Sequence record: MT682710.1
DNA: 64,000 bases
Strand: one strand, 5' to 3'
Source of the DNA: Escherichia phage vB_EcoM_FT
Below the pieces are notes generated by a model. That model was not told the origin of the DNA. It ran no database searches and was given only the letters and a program-made list of their open reading frames with translations. Shown here piece by piece: positions 24,195 through 35,334 of the stretch. Numbering within the stretch: position 1 is the stretch's first letter; each line of letters begins with the position of its first letter. The translations under genes and the position numbers were made by a program.

Positions 24195-24529
24195 AGTAGA
24201 AAATCTAATGTATTAGTTTTTTCACAACGAACAACAGAAGGACGTAAAAGATTTTCGTCAATAGCTTCCGACTGAATTTTTTCAATTATACCCGAAGGAA
24301 TAAATTTAGCAAATTGAGTTTCAGGAATAGAGTTTTCTTCCAAGAATGCTGTCGTAGCTTCAAGATAACTCATTCCAAATTCTTCTACCATTTTTTCAAT
24401 AATAAATCCATTTTCTTGGCGGTCAAGAAGCTTTGCAATTTCATCCTTTTCTTTCTTAATTGAAAGTTCTTTTTCTGAAAGCCCGGCCTCATCGACCGGG
24501 CGAATATCATTTAGAGAAAACTGTGTCAT
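24191..24529 (-). CDS. 33: late transcription co-activator gp33
   Basis: Start at MTQFSLNDIRP gives 112 aa as in T4 gp33. Confidence 0.9.
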   Translation of the reverse strand: MTQFSLNDIRPVDEAGLSEKELSIKKEKDEIAKLLDRQENGFIIEKMVEEFGMSYLEATTAFLEENSIPETQFAKFIPSGIIEKIQSEAIDENLLRPSVVRCEKTNTLDFLL

Positions 24530-24776
24530 AAAGTTCAACTACCTCTTCAGTTTCAGCTTCAAACACATCACGGTTATCTTTATGATACAAAGCTAATAGA
24601 CGATTAAACATCTTACCATCAACGCCAAGTTCATCTTTAGCACGAATTCGAATATCTTTAATCAGTTCATTATAACCGGAAATTTTCAGTTTATGATCAG
24701 ATGCTTCTTTAATAAATTTAGCCAAGTCTTCGCCATGGATAGCTTCATCAAATTCAACCATTTCTTTTTTAGCCAT
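24507..24776 (-). CDS. dsbA: double-stranded DNA-binding protein DsbA
   Basis: 89 aa at T4 dsbA position and length. Confidence 0.88.
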   Translation of the reverse strand: MAKKEMVEFDEAIHGEDLAKFIKEASDHKLKISGYNELIKDIRIRAKDELGVDGKMFNRLLALYHKDNRDVFEAETEEVVELYDTVFSK

Positions 24777-24784
24777 TATTCACC

Positions 24785-25702
24785 TCAAAATTCATTAATG
24801 CTATTAGTTAATTTAGAAAGACCCGCTTTTACAAAATATGAATAAATTTTGCCACGCGGTGGTAATTTATATGAATTATAGTAATTCACAATGTTTGAAG
24901 CAATATTATCAGGAATATAATCAAAATCAATTAGAACTAAATTTTCTTTATAACGATTATATTCAGATTCTGTGAGAAGCACCTTAGCTTGCTCACGGTC
25001 ATTAGCAATAGCTTCAACGATTGAAGTTTTCATTGAAGGAGTTCGTTCACCTTCAACTCTGGTAAACCAAAAGTCAGATCGTACTTTAACTGAAGCAACG
25101 TTATCCTTTTTGTCGCCCTTAAGGATTTTAGTCATACAGTCAATTTCAGCAGAACCGCTTTTAATTTTAACCCATTTCTTGTGCATCGGTGACCATTGCT
25201 TAACATTTGGATATTTGTGAAGTTGAGTAAAGTCACCATCCGATGAAATGATTAAAATCTTGTGTCCTTCTAAAGAGAACTTTTTAACAAGAACAGCAAT
25301 GTGGTCATCTGCTTCATACTTATCAATATCCATAACAATGTATGGCATATAAGCTTTTAATTCATCTATAACTTTATGACTGGATTCAAAATAACCTTCC
25401 CAGTCCCAAGTAGATTCTTCTCGTGCTTTTCCACGGTTTTTCTTGTAATAGTAAGCAAAATCACGACGCCAGTATCCAGATTTCGCGTTATCAATACACA
25501 GTACAATTTTAGTGTATCCAAGCGTTTTTGCTTTTTTGACATTAAACTTAATTGAGTTCAATATCAAATGACGAACCATTGATAAATTAATTTTTTCTTT
25601 ATCTGGGAAGTTTACTAAAGCAGTTGAAAGCGCAATTTGACTAAAGTCAATAAAGCAAATTCCTTCTTTGTAATCTTCATCCAGCATCATTTCTAAATCC
25701 AT
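24785..25702 (-). CDS. rnh: RNase H (5'-3' exonuclease)
   Basis: Start at MDLEMMLDEDY gives 305 aa as in T4 RNase H. Confidence 0.93.
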   Translation of the reverse strand: MDLEMMLDEDYKEGICFIDFSQIALSTALVNFPDKEKINLSMVRHLILNSIKFNVKKAKTLGYTKIVLCIDNAKSGYWRRDFAYYYKKNRGKAREESTWDWEGYFESSHKVIDELKAYMPYIVMDIDKYEADDHIAVLVKKFSLEGHKILIISSDGDFTQLHKYPNVKQWSPMHKKWVKIKSGSAEIDCMTKILKGDKKDNVASVKVRSDFWFTRVEGERTPSMKTSIVEAIANDREQAKVLLTESEYNRYKENLVLIDFDYIPDNIASNIVNYYNSYKLPPRGKIYSYFVKAGLSKLTNSINEF

Positions 25703-25730
25703 ATGAACCTCGTTCAATTAGTGAGATTTC

Positions 25731-25760
25731 TATTATATACTATCTAAATCTTAAAGTAAA
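25731..25760 (-). promoter_or_regulatory. T4-type early promoter upstream of rnh
   Basis: minus-strand GTTTAC, 17 bp, TATAAT. Confidence 0.55.
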
Positions 25761-25764
25761 CAGG

Positions 25765-25772
25765 TATAAATA
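25765..25772 (+). promoter_or_regulatory. late promoter TATAAATA for gene 34
   Basis: exact TATAAATA 35 nt upstream of gene 34 ATG, followed by SD GGAG. Confidence 0.7.
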
Positions 25773-25806
25773 CTTATTATTGAAAACACAATAGGAGCCC
25801 GGGAGA

Positions 25807-28800
25807 ATGGCCGAGATTAAAAGAAAGTTCAGAGCAGAAGATGGTCTGGACGCAGGTGGCGATAAAATAATCAACGTAGCTTTAGCTGATCGTACCGTAG
25901 GAACTGACGGTGTTAACGTTGATTACTTAATTCAAGAAAACACAGTTCAGCAATATGATCCAACTCGTGGATATTTAAAAGATTTTGTAATCATTTATAA
26001 TAATCGTTTTTGGGCAGCAACGGATAATATTCCAAAACCTGCTGGAAATTTTAATAGAATTCGTTGGAAAGCATTACGTACTGATGCCGTATATACAACC
26101 GTATCATCTGGACCATATCAATTAAAATCCGGAGAAGCAATTTCAGTAGATACATCAGTTGGCAATGACATTGAGTTTACTTTACCACCTTCTCCGCTTG
26201 ATGGAGAAACCGTAATAATTCAAGATATCGGTGGAAAACCTGGCATAAATCAGGTTAAAATAAATTCTTCAAATCAGAGTATTGTTAATTTTAGAGGTGA
26301 ACAAGTACGTTCAGTTTTAATGACTCATCCAAAGTCACAGATGATATTCATTTTTAATAATCGTTTGTGGCAAATGTATGTTGCTGATTATAGCAGAGAA
26401 GCTGCGATTGTTACTCCATCGACTGCATATCAAGCACAATCTAATGATTTTATCGTGCGTAGATTTACTTCCGCTGCGCCGATTAATATTAAACTTCCAA
26501 GATTTGCCAATCATGGAGATATCATTAATTTCGTTGATTTAGATAAATTAAATCCACTTTATCATACAATTGTTACGACATATGATGAAACGACGTCAGT
26601 GCAAGAAGTTGGAACTCATTCCATTGAAGGCCGTACATCGATTGACGGTTTCTTGATGTTTGACGATAATGAGAAATTGTGGAGATTGTTTGACGGGGAT
26701 AGTAAAGCACGTTTACGCATTATAACAACTAATTCAAATATTCGTCCAAACGAAGAAGTTATGGTATTTGGTGCGAATAACGGAACAACTCAAACAATTG
26801 AGCTTCAGCTTCCTACTGATATCTCTGTTGGTGATACTGTTAAAATTTCCATGAATTACATGAGAAAAGGACAAACAGTTAAAATCAAAGCTGCCGGTGA
26901 AGATAAAATTGCTTCTTCAGTTCAATTGCTGCAATTTCCAAAACGTTCAGAATACCCACCTGAAACTAAATGGGTGACTGTTCAAGAATTAGTTTTTAAT
27001 GGCGAAACCAATTATGTTCCAGTTTTACAGCTTGCTTATATCGAAGATTCCGATGGAAAATATTGGGTTGTACAGCAAAACGTTCCAACTGTAGAAAGAG
27101 TAGACTCTTTAAATAATTCTACTAGAGCAAGATTAGGCGTAATTGCTTTAGCTACACAGGCTCAAGCTAATGCAGATTTAGAAAATTCTCCACAAAAAGA
27201 ATTGGCAATTACTCCAGAAACGTTAGCTAATCGTACTGCTACAGAAACTCGTAGAGGTATTGCAAGAATAGCAACAACTGCGCAAGTAAACCAGGATACC
27301 GCATTCTCTTTTGCAGATGACCTTATCATCACTCCTAAAAAGTTGAATGAAAGAACTGCTACAGAAACTCGTAGAGGTGTCGCAGAAATTGCTACGCAAC
27401 AGGAAACTAATACAGGTACTGATGATACTACAATCATTACTCCTAAAAAGCTTCAAGCTCGTCAAGGTTCTGAATCATTATCTGGTATTGTAACTTTTGT
27501 ATCTACTGCAGGTGCTACTCCGGCTTCTAGCCGTGAATTAAATGGTACGAATGTTTATAATAAAAACACTAATAATTTAGTTGTTTCACCCAAAGCTTTG
27601 GATCAGTATAAAGCTACTCCAACACAGCAAGGTGCAGTAATTTTAGCAGTTGAAAGTGAAGTAATTGCTGGACAAAGCCAAGAAGGATGGGCAAATGCGG
27701 TTGTAACGCCAGAAACGTTACATAAAAAGACATCAACTGATGGAAGAATTGGTTTAATTGAAATTGCTACGCAAAGTGAAGTTAATACAGGAACTGATTA
27801 TACTCGTGCAGTCACTCCTAAAACTTTAAATGACCGTAAAGCAACTGAAGGTTTAAGTGGTATAGCTGAAATTGCTACGCAAGTTGAATTCGACGCGGGC
27901 GTCGACGATACTCGTATCTCTACACCATTAAAAATTAAAACCAGATTTAATAGTACTGATCGTACTTCTGTTGTTGCTCTATCTGGATTAGTTGAATCAG
28001 GAACTCTCTGGGACCATTATACCCTTAATATTCTTGAAGCAAATGAGACACAGCGTGGCACACTTCGTGTGGCTACACAGGTTGAAGCTGCTGCAGGAAC
28101 ATTGGATAATGTTCTAATAACTCCTAAAAAGCTTTTAGGTACTAAATCTACTGAAGCGCAGGAAGGCGTTATTAAAGTTGCAACTCGGTCTGAAACTGTA
28201 GCTGGAACGTCAGCAAATACTGCTGTATCTCCAAAAAATTTAAAATGGATTGTGCAGAGTGAACCTACTTGGGCAGCTACTACTGCGATAAGGGGCTTTG
28301 TTAAAACTTCTTCTGGTTCATTAACGTTTGTTGGTAATGATACGGTAGGTTCAACACAGCCATTAGAATCATATGAGAAAAATGATTATGCAGTATCACC
28401 ATATGAATTAAATCGCGTATTAGCAAATTATTTGCCATTAAAAGCAAAAGCTGTAGATAGTAATTTATTAGATGGTCTAGATTCGCTCCAGTTCATTCGT
28501 AGGGACATTGCACAAACAGTTAATGGTTCACTAACCTTAACCCAACAAACGAATCTGAGTGCCCCTCTTGTATCATCTAGTACTGCTACATTCGGTGGAT
28601 CAGTTTCAGCAAATAGTACATTAACTATTTCTAATACTGGAACGGCAACTCGTCTGATTTTTGAGAAAGGATCTCAAACTGGAACAAACCCGGCTCAAAC
28701 GATGACAGTCAGAGTGTGGGGAAATCAATTTAGCGGGGAATCAGATACAACACGTTCTACCGTATTTGAAGTTAGTGATGAAACGTCTAGTCATTTTTAT

Positions 28801-29676
28801 TCTCAGCGTAATAAAGCTGGAAATATAACATTTAATATCAACGGTACAGTAACACCGATAAATGTTAATGCTTCAGGAACATTGAATGCAAATGGTGTAG
28901 CAACATTTGGTAATTCAGTCACTGCAACTGGTGAAATTATTTCTCGAAGCGCAAATGCTTTCCGTGCTATTAACGGAAATTATGGTTTCATTGTTCGCAA
29001 TGATGGATCAGTAACGAATTTTATGCTTACTGCATCGGGTGATCAGACTGGTGGATTTAATGGATTACGTCCAGTATCAATTAATAATCAATCTGGTCAG
29101 GTTACAATTGGTGAAAGCTTAATCATTGCAAAAGGTGCTACTATAAGTTCAGGCGGTTTAACTGTTAACTCGAGAATTCGTTCTCAAGGTACTAAAACTT
29201 CTGATTTATACACTCGCGCACCAACATCTGATACAGTAGGATTCTGGTCAATTGATATTAATGATTCAGCCACTTATAATCAATTCCCTGGTTATTTTAA
29301 AATGGTTGAAAAAACTAATGAAGTGACTGGTCTTCCATATTTAGAACGTGGCGAAGAAGTTAAATCTCCTGGTACATTGACTCAGTTTGGTAACACGCTT
29401 GATTCTCTTTACCAAGATTGGATTACTTATCCAACAACTCCAGAAGCGCGTACCACTCGTTGGACGCGTACATGGCAGAAAACCAAAAACTCTTGGTCAA
29501 GTTTTGTTCAGGTATTTGACGGAGGTAACCCTCCTCAACCTTCAGATATAGGAGCAATCCCATCTGATAATGGAATAATAGGTAATCTTACTATTCGCGA
29601 TTTCTTGCGAATTGGTAATGTTCGCATTATTCCTGACCCAGTGAATAAAACTGTTAAATTTGAATGGATTGAATAA
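25807..29676 (+). CDS. 34: long tail fibre proximal subunit gp34
   Basis: 1289 aa, same length as T4 gp34, internal TATETRRG repeats. Confidence 0.97.
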   Translation: MAEIKRKFRAEDGLDAGGDKIINVALADRTVGTDGVNVDYLIQENTVQQYDPTRGYLKDFVIIYNNRFWAATDNIPKPAGNFNRIRWKALRTDAVYTTVSSGPYQLKSGEAISVDTSVGNDIEFTLPPSPLDGETVIIQDIGGKPGINQVKINSSNQSIVNFRGEQVRSVLMTHPKSQMIFIFNNRLWQMYVADYSREAAIVTPSTAYQAQSNDFIVRRFTSAAPINIKLPRFANHGDIINFVDLDKLNPLYHTIVTTYDETTSVQEVGTHSIEGRTSIDGFLMFDDNEKLWRLFDGDSKARLRIITTNSNIRPNEEVMVFGANNGTTQTIELQLPTDISVGDTVKISMNYMRKGQTVKIKAAGEDKIASSVQLLQFPKRSEYPPETKWVTVQELVFNGETNYVPVLQLAYIEDSDGKYWVVQQNVPTVERVDSLNNSTRARLGVIALATQAQANADLENSPQKELAITPETLANRTATETRRGIARIATTAQVNQDTAFSFADDLIITPKKLNERTATETRRGVAEIATQQETNTGTDDTTIITPKKLQARQGSESLSGIVTFVSTAGATPASSRELNGTNVYNKNTNNLVVSPKALDQYKATPTQQGAVILAVESEVIAGQSQEGWANAVVTPETLHKKTSTDGRIGLIEIATQSEVNTGTDYTRAVTPKTLNDRKATEGLSGIAEIATQVEFDAGVDDTRISTPLKIKTRFNSTDRTSVVALSGLVESGTLWDHYTLNILEANETQRGTLRVATQVEAAAGTLDNVLITPKKLLGTKSTEAQEGVIKVATRSETVAGTSANTAVSPKNLKWIVQSEPTWAATTAIRGFVKTSSGSLTFVGNDTVGSTQPLESYEKNDYAVSPYELNRVLANYLPLKAKAVDSNLLDGLDSLQFIRRDIAQTVNGSLTLTQQTNLSAPLVSSSTATFGGSVSANSTLTISNTGTATRLIFEKGSQTGTNPAQTMTVRVWGNQFSGESDTTRSTVFEVSDETSSHFYSQRNKAGNITFNINGTVTPINVNASGTLNANGVATFGNSVTATGEIISRSANAFRAINGNYGFIVRNDGSVTNFMLTASGDQTGGFNGLRPVSINNQSGQVTIGESLIIAKGATISSGGLTVNSRIRSQGTKTSDLYTRAPTSDTVGFWSIDINDSATYNQFPGYFKMVEKTNEVTGLPYLERGEEVKSPGTLTQFGNTLDSLYQDWITYPTTPEARTTRWTRTWQKTKNSWSSFVQVFDGGNPPQPSDIGAIPSDNGIIGNLTIRDFLRIGNVRIIPDPVNKTVKFEWIE
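27220..27390 (+). repeat. intragenic tandem-like repeats in gp34
   Basis: actgctacagaaactcgtagaggt recurs at about 27236 and 27356. Confidence 0.6.
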
Positions 29677-29684
29677 GAGGTATT

Positions 29685-30800
29685 ATGGAAAAATTTATGG
29701 CAGAGTTTGGACAAGGATATGTTCAAACGCCATTTTTATCGGAAAGCAATTCAGTAAGATATAAAATAAGTATAGCGGGTTCTTGCCCGCTTTCTACAGC
29801 AGGACCATATGTTAAATTTCAAGATAATCCTGTAGGAAGTCAAACATTTAGCGCAGGTCTTCATTTAAAAGTTTTTGACCCTTCTACAGGAGCATTAGTT
29901 GACAGTAAATCATATGCTTTTTCTACTTCAAATAATACTACATCAGCTGCTTTTGTTAGTTTCATGAATTCTTTGTCAAACAATAGACTTGTTGCTATAT
30001 TAACTAGCGGAAAGGTTAATTTTCCTCCTGAAGTGGTATCTTGGTTAAGGGGAGCAGGAACTTCAGTTTTTCCATCAGATTCAGTATTGTCAAGATTTGA
30101 CGTATCATATGCTGCTTTTTATACTTCTTCTAAAAGAGCTATTGCATTAGAGCATGTTAAACTAAGTAATAGAAAAAGCACAGATGATTATCAAACTATT
30201 TTAGATGTTGTATTTGATAGTTTAGAAGACGTCGGAGCGACAGGATTTCCAAAAAGAACTTATGAAAGTGTAGAGCAATTCATGTCAGCAGTTGGTGGAA
30301 CTAATAACGAAATTGCGCGATTGCCAACTTCAGCTGCTATAAGTAAACTTTCTGACTATAATTTAATTCCTGGTGATGTTCTTTATCTTAAAGCACAGTT
30401 ATATGCTGATGCTGATTTACTTGATCTTGGAACTACAAACATATCCATTCGTTTTTATGATGCATCAAATGGATATATTTCCTCTACCCAAGCTGAGTTT
30501 ACTGGGCAAGCTGGGTCTTGGGAATTAAAGGAAGATTATGTAGTTGTTCCTGAAAATGCAATCGGATTTACTATATATGCACAGAGAACTGCTCAAGCTG
30601 GTCAAGGCGGAATGAGGAATTTAAGCTTTTCTGAAGTATCAAGAAATGGCGGCATTTCAAAACCTGCCGAATTTGGCGTCAACGGTATTCGCGTTAATTA
30701 TGTCTGTGAATCGGCTTCACCTCCAGATATAATGGTACTTCCTACACAAGCCTCTTCTAAAACTGGCAAAGTGTTTGGGCAAGAATTTAGAGAAGTTTAA
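29685..30800 (+). CDS. 35: long tail fibre hinge connector gp35
   Basis: 371 aa at T4 gene 35 position. Confidence 0.92.
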   Translation: MEKFMAEFGQGYVQTPFLSESNSVRYKISIAGSCPLSTAGPYVKFQDNPVGSQTFSAGLHLKVFDPSTGALVDSKSYAFSTSNNTTSAAFVSFMNSLSNNRLVAILTSGKVNFPPEVVSWLRGAGTSVFPSDSVLSRFDVSYAAFYTSSKRAIALEHVKLSNRKSTDDYQTILDVVFDSLEDVGATGFPKRTYESVEQFMSAVGGTNNEIARLPTSAAISKLSDYNLIPGDVLYLKAQLYADADLLDLGTTNISIRFYDASNGYISSTQAEFTGQAGSWELKEDYVVVPENAIGFTIYAQRTAQAGQGGMRNLSFSEVSRNGGISKPAEFGVNGIRVNYVCESASPPDIMVLPTQASSKTGKVFGQEFREV

Positions 30801-30804
30801 ACTA

Positions 30805-30830
30805 AGGGAGCCTTTGGGTTCCCTTTTTCT
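30805..30830 (+). terminator. intrinsic terminator after gene 35
   Basis: gggagcc-tttg-ggttccc hairpin followed by tttttcttt. Confidence 0.6.
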
Positions 30831-30831
30831 T

Positions 30832-30839
30832 TATAAATA
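30832..30839 (+). promoter_or_regulatory. late promoter TATAAATA for gene 36
   Basis: exact TATAAATA 24 nt upstream of gene 36 ATG. Confidence 0.7.
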
Positions 30840-30862
30840 ATATTAAAATAAAGGGGCATATA

Positions 30863-31513
30863 ATGGCTGATTTAAAAGTAGGTTCAACTGTTGGTGGATC
30901 TGTCATTTGGCATCAAGGAAATTTTCCATTGAATTCAGCCGGTGACGATGTACTCTACAAATCATTTAAAATATATTCAGAATATAATAAACCGCAGGCA
31001 GCTGATAACGATTTCGTTTCTAAAGCTAATGGTGGTACTTACACCGGTCCAATTACTATTAATTATGGGGTAAATAGTTATCTTCAATTAAGTAATAATG
31101 AAACCCCTATCCGAATTCGTTCTGGTGGCGGCACCGGTAATACTCTTATAGTTGGTGGCTCTTCTGGCGGTATTAGTTTTAGACCAGCAGGTAGTGAAAT
31201 CACTACTGGACAAATTACTATTACGCCAGAAGGTTTGACAACATTTACCAAAGCTGTAACGGCTCCATCTGTAACTGTCACATCTACTCCTTCCGCAGCA
31301 TCTGATGCTACTCGTAAAGATTATGTTGATGGAGCAATAAATACTGTTACAGCAAATGCAAACTCTAGGGTATTACGCTCTGGAGACACTATGACAGGAA
31401 ATTTAACTGCGCCAAACCTTTTTTCACAGAATCCTGCATCTCAACCTTCACACGTTCCACGATTTGACCAAATCGTGATTAAGGATTCTGTTCAAGATTT
31501 CGGCTATTATTAA
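30863..31513 (+). CDS. 36: long tail fibre distal connector gp36
   Basis: 216 aa at T4 gene 36 position. Confidence 0.92.
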   Translation: MADLKVGSTVGGSVIWHQGNFPLNSAGDDVLYKSFKIYSEYNKPQAADNDFVSKANGGTYTGPITINYGVNSYLQLSNNETPIRIRSGGGTGNTLIVGGSSGGISFRPAGSEITTGQITITPEGLTTFTKAVTAPSVTVTSTPSAASDATRKDYVDGAINTVTANANSRVLRSGDTMTGNLTAPNLFSQNPASQPSHVPRFDQIVIKDSVQDFGYY

Positions 31514-31521
31514 GAGGACTT

Positions 31522-34467
31522 ATGGCTACTTTAAAACAAATACAATTTAAAAGAAGTAAAACTGCAGGTCAACGTCCTGCCGCTTCAGTATTAGCCGAAG
31601 GTGAATTGGCTATTAATTTAAAAGATAAAACAATTTTCACAAAAGATGACTCGGGCAGTGTTATAGAATTAGGTTTAAAATATGGAGGAACAATTGATGG
31701 TTCTTTAACTGTTAATGGAAATATAACTGGAACTTTAATTGGAAATTCTAGCACAGCTACTAAATTGCAAACACCTAGGAAAATTAATGGTATATCCTTT
31801 GACGGGTCAAAGGATATCACGCTAACTCCATCTGACATAAATGTCAATAGCACAACGTTTATAAAAAATAACGGCGAATTACCTGTTGATGCTAATTTAG
31901 ATGAATACGGGCCCGTTGAAGAATATCTTGGCGTTTGGTCGAAATCTACTTCAACAAATGCGCAACCGGCAAATAAATTCCCAGAAGAAAATGCCGTAGG
32001 TGTACTAGAAGTATTTGTGGCCGGTCAATTTGCTGGTACTCAGAGATATACTGTAAGATCTGGTAACGTATATGTTCGATCTTTGTCTGCTAAATGGAAC
32101 GGTGTTAACGGTCCGTGGGGAGTTTGGCGTAATGTTCAAGCGTCAACTCGTCCACTTTCACAAACGATTGACCTTGATAGCTTGGGAGAATTAGAACATT
32201 GCGGCTTATGGCGAAATAGTTCAAGTTCTATCGCATCGTTTGACCGTCATTATCCAGAAGAAGGATCAGCCGCACAAGGATTTTTGGAAATTTTTGAGGG
32301 TGGTTTATACGCAAGAACTCAACGTTATACAACTAGATTTGGTGTTGTTTATACTCGCTGTCTTGCTGCTGCATGGGATGCATCTGCGCCTAAATGGGGA
32401 CCGTGGCAACAAGTCGGTAATGTCACACCGGCGACTTTCTATGACGGAGACTTGAATGATTTTAAAGCTCCTGGGTTATATAACATTTTAGGCACTGATG
32501 CCGTTATTAACTGTCCTACTGGTGAAGGTTTACCAGCCGTTATTGTTGGTTTGCTGGAAGTTAAACAGCGTGCTTCTGGTGGTGCTATTTTCCAAAAATT
32601 TACTACTGCCGGAACGGGTGAAACTACTCGCGATCGTATTTTTGAGCGTGCATATACTGGTGGTGCGTGGGGTGCATGGAACGAAGTATATACATCTTAT
32701 TCTCTTCCAATTACTTTGGGTATGGGTGGTATTAAAGCTCAATTAGCGGAGTTAGATTGGCAAACCTTTGATTTTGTTCCTGGTAGTATGTTTAGCGTTC
32801 CTTTGAACAAAATAAAGAACATGCCAGCAAATATGGATTGGGGGACGATTGACGGAAACTTGGTTATGTTTTCCGTTGGTCCTAGCGAACACACTGGCAC
32901 AGGGCGTACTGTTCAGGTTTGGCGCGGTACTGTATCCCAGACAAACTACCGTTATTTCGTTGTTCGTATCGCTGGTAATCCAGGAAGTAGGACTAATACT
33001 TGTCGCCGTGTTGTTCTTGAAGACGGATCACATACTTGGACTGCTCAACAAAACTTTAGGGGATTGCTGAATATCACTGCTGCTGTTAATCTTGGTGCTA
33101 ATCAGAAAATTTCACTTGCTCCAGGAGCATATATTCAAGCCCCTGCTAGCGGTTCTGGTTCTAATACTTACGCAAATCAGAATACTACCATTGCGCCATT
33201 ATATCAGGCTATTGACGATTCAAATAAAAACCAGTTTGCGCCAATTGTTAAACAGAAAAATACTGTAAGTAATATCACCTTTGCCACTGGTATGGCTATA
33301 GGTACATCCGAATATAAGATCATTGCTCAGGGTGATTTATCCGCTGATGGAACAGCAGATGGGTTAAAACAGTGGACTTTCATGCCGTCAGGTTATTTTA
33401 AATCTCCAGGGCGTGTATATGTCGGTGATGCGTTCCTTAATACAGATGGTAACATTGCTGGTTCAATCTGGAAGAAATACAACGATGCAACCAATTTAGA
33501 TGCTGCCTTGAATACTCGCCTAGGTAAAGGCGGTGATACGATGACAGGTCGGTTAACAATCAATGCACCTAATGATTCTATTGTATTATCAACGACTGCT
33601 AGTAATTCTTTGCATATTCGTGGTGACATAGACGGGACTGGTAACTGGTATATTGGTAAGGGTGGTGCTGATAATTCGCTAGCATTTTATAGCTATGCTT
33701 CTCAGGCGGCAGTACATATCACAAACAATGGTGAGATTGCGTTAACCCCGCAAAATACCGCAATGGTTAACGTTAACCGTGACCGTGTACACATTAACGG
33801 TTCTGGATGGATTGCTAGACAACCGGGTGATTGGGGCAACCAATGGCGAGTAGAAGCTCCATTATTCGTTGATCATGGTTATGTTTCACAGGATTGTTAT
33901 TATCCTATTCTTAAAGCAAGAAGCGTTATAACCAATCAAGGATATAGCACCGCTGTTGACTTTGGTATGCGTCGTATTCCATCACAGTGGGGGCAAGCAA
34001 TCATTCGTGTCGGATCCACGGAGGCTTCTCCTGATGCTGGACACCCACAAGCTGTGTTTGAATTCCATCATGATGGATTCTTTTATACACCAGGAAATGG
34101 TAGCTTTAGCGATGTGTATATTCGTTCTGACTCCCGTCTCAAGATTAATAAAGAAGAATTAGAATATGGAGCGGTCGAAAAAGTTTGCCGACTGAAAGTT
34201 TATATTTACGATAAAGTTAAGTCTATTAAAGACCGTAGTGTTATTAAACGTGAAGTTGGTATTATTGCTCAGGACCTTGAAAAGGAATTACCGGAAGCTG
34301 TATCTAAAGTTGAAGTTGATGGATCTGATGTTCTGACAATTTCTAACTCTGCTGTGAATGCTCTTTTAATTAAGGCTATTCAGGAAATGAGTGAAGAAAT
34401 TAAAGAATTGAAAACGCCTCTCTTTACTAAAATTGCTCGCAAAATTAGTAAATATTTTAAATTCTAA
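31522..34467 (+). CDS. 37: long tail fibre distal subunit gp37 with C-terminal intramolecular chaperone domain
   Basis: 981 aa; N-terminus [13 protein letters not shown] as T4 gp37; C-terminus carries S-DSRLK motif. Confidence 0.95.
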   Translation: MATLKQIQFKRSKTAGQRPAASVLAEGELAINLKDKTIFTKDDSGSVIELGLKYGGTIDGSLTVNGNITGTLIGNSSTATKLQTPRKINGISFDGSKDITLTPSDINVNSTTFIKNNGELPVDANLDEYGPVEEYLGVWSKSTSTNAQPANKFPEENAVGVLEVFVAGQFAGTQRYTVRSGNVYVRSLSAKWNGVNGPWGVWRNVQASTRPLSQTIDLDSLGELEHCGLWRNSSSSIASFDRHYPEEGSAAQGFLEIFEGGLYARTQRYTTRFGVVYTRCLAAAWDASAPKWGPWQQVGNVTPATFYDGDLNDFKAPGLYNILGTDAVINCPTGEGLPAVIVGLLEVKQRASGGAIFQKFTTAGTGETTRDRIFERAYTGGAWGAWNEVYTSYSLPITLGMGGIKAQLAELDWQTFDFVPGSMFSVPLNKIKNMPANMDWGTIDGNLVMFSVGPSEHTGTGRTVQVWRGTVSQTNYRYFVVRIAGNPGSRTNTCRRVVLEDGSHTWTAQQNFRGLLNITAAVNLGANQKISLAPGAYIQAPASGSGSNTYANQNTTIAPLYQAIDDSNKNQFAPIVKQKNTVSNITFATGMAIGTSEYKIIAQGDLSADGTADGLKQWTFMPSGYFKSPGRVYVGDAFLNTDGNIAGSIWKKYNDATNLDAALNTRLGKGGDTMTGRLTINAPNDSIVLSTTASNSLHIRGDIDGTGNWYIGKGGADNSLAFYSYASQAAVHITNNGEIALTPQNTAMVNVNRDRVHINGSGWIARQPGDWGNQWRVEAPLFVDHGYVSQDCYYPILKARSVITNQGYSTAVDFGMRRIPSQWGQAIIRVGSTEASPDAGHPQAVFEFHHDGFFYTPGNGSFSDVYIRSDSRLKINKEELEYGAVEKVCRLKVYIYDKVKSIKDRSVIKREVGIIAQDLEKELPEAVSKVEVDGSDVLTISNSAVNALLIKAIQEMSEEIKELKTPLFTKIARKISKYFKF

Positions 34468-34470
34468 CAA

Positions 34471-34490
34471 CAAGGGGGAAATGCCCCCTT
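34471..34490 (+). terminator. hairpin after gene 37
   Basis: ggggg-aaatg-ccccc followed by ttt. Confidence 0.45.
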
Positions 34491-34503
34491 TGGAGTATAA
34501 ATT

Positions 34504-35304
34504 ATGGCAGTAGTTGGTGTTCCTGGTTGGATTGGAAGTTCAGCCGCAAATGAAACAGGACAGCGCTGGATGAGTCAAGCGGCTGGTCAATTAAGATTGG
34601 GTGTTCCTTGCTGGATGAGTCAATTTGCAGGTCGCTCACGAGAAATTATTCACACGCTTGGAGCAGACCATAACTTCAATGGTCAATGGTTCCGAGATAG
34701 ATGTTTTGAGGCAGGTAGTGCACCTATAGTGTTTAATATTACCGGAAATTTGGTATCATATTCTAGAGATGTTCCTTTATTCTTCATGTACGGAGATACA
34801 CCGAATGAATATGTTCAATTAAATATTATTGGGGGCGCTCATATGTGGGGTAGAGGTGGACAAGGTGGATGGACTCATTCCGGTGGAGATGGTAATGGAC
34901 AACAAGGCGGGCATTGTATTCAAAATGACATTGGCGGACGATTAAGAATTAACAACGGTGGAGTAATTTGCGGTGGAGGTGGAGGTGGAGGTGGTATCGC
35001 TTATCGTCCTCACTCTGGCGCAAACTGGCAAGATATTGGTGGTGGCGGTGGAAGACCATTTGGCCCAGGAGGTGGCGGCGGTTACTCGGGTGGCGCAGCT
35101 TCATACGACGGTCCAGGAGGTGGTTATCAATACGGAAATGCTCATTCTGGCCAGGGTGGCGATGCCGGAGGAAATGGACAAAATGCCTGGTCGGATGGCG
35201 GTAAAGTTCTAAAGGTTGGTGCAGGAGGAGCAGCAGGTTATGCTGTCATAGGGTCTGCTCCAACGTGGCAAAATGTTGGAGCAATATATGGTCCAAGAGT
35301 ATAA
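34504..35304 (+). CDS. 38: tail fibre adhesin gp38 (T2-type, glycine-rich motifs)
   Basis: 266 aa; conserved N-terminal domain then poly-Gly segments (GGGGGGGG, GGGGG). Confidence 0.88.
   Translation: MAVVGVPGWIGSSAANETGQRWMSQAAGQLRLGVPCWMSQFAGRSREIIHTLGADHNFNGQWFRDRCFEAGSAPIVFNITGNLVSYSRDVPLFFMYGDTPNEYVQLNIIGGAHMWGRGGQGGWTHSGGDGNGQQGGHCIQNDIGGRLRINNGGVICGGGGGGGGIAYRPHSGANWQDIGGGGGRPFGPGGGGGYSGGAASYDGPGGGYQYGNAHSGQGGDAGGNGQNAWSDGGKVLKVGAGGAAGYAVIGSAPTWQNVGAIYGPRV
34972..34995 (+). repeat. (GGTGGA)n codon repeat encoding poly-glycine in gp38
   Basis: ggtggaggtggaggtggaggtggt. Confidence 0.8.
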
Positions 35305-35334
35305 TGTGAATAAATACCCTTAAAAGGAGGGTCT

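Noticed and set aside
27162-27465. Minus-strand ORFs inside gene 34, and similar antisense ORFs inside genes 37, 38, 52, rIIB, 39, dda and 61
   Set aside because: Fully embedded in long, well-supported genes on the opposite strand or in another frame; low-complexity translations; no SD or promoter.
34972-34995. GGTGGA tandem repeat as a non-coding microsatellite
   Set aside because: It is in frame within gp38 and encodes the poly-glycine linker typical of T2-type adhesins.
35305-35334. Late promoter for holin t (gaATAAATAc)
   Set aside because: AATAAATA deviates from TATAAATA at the first position; too weak to call without data.
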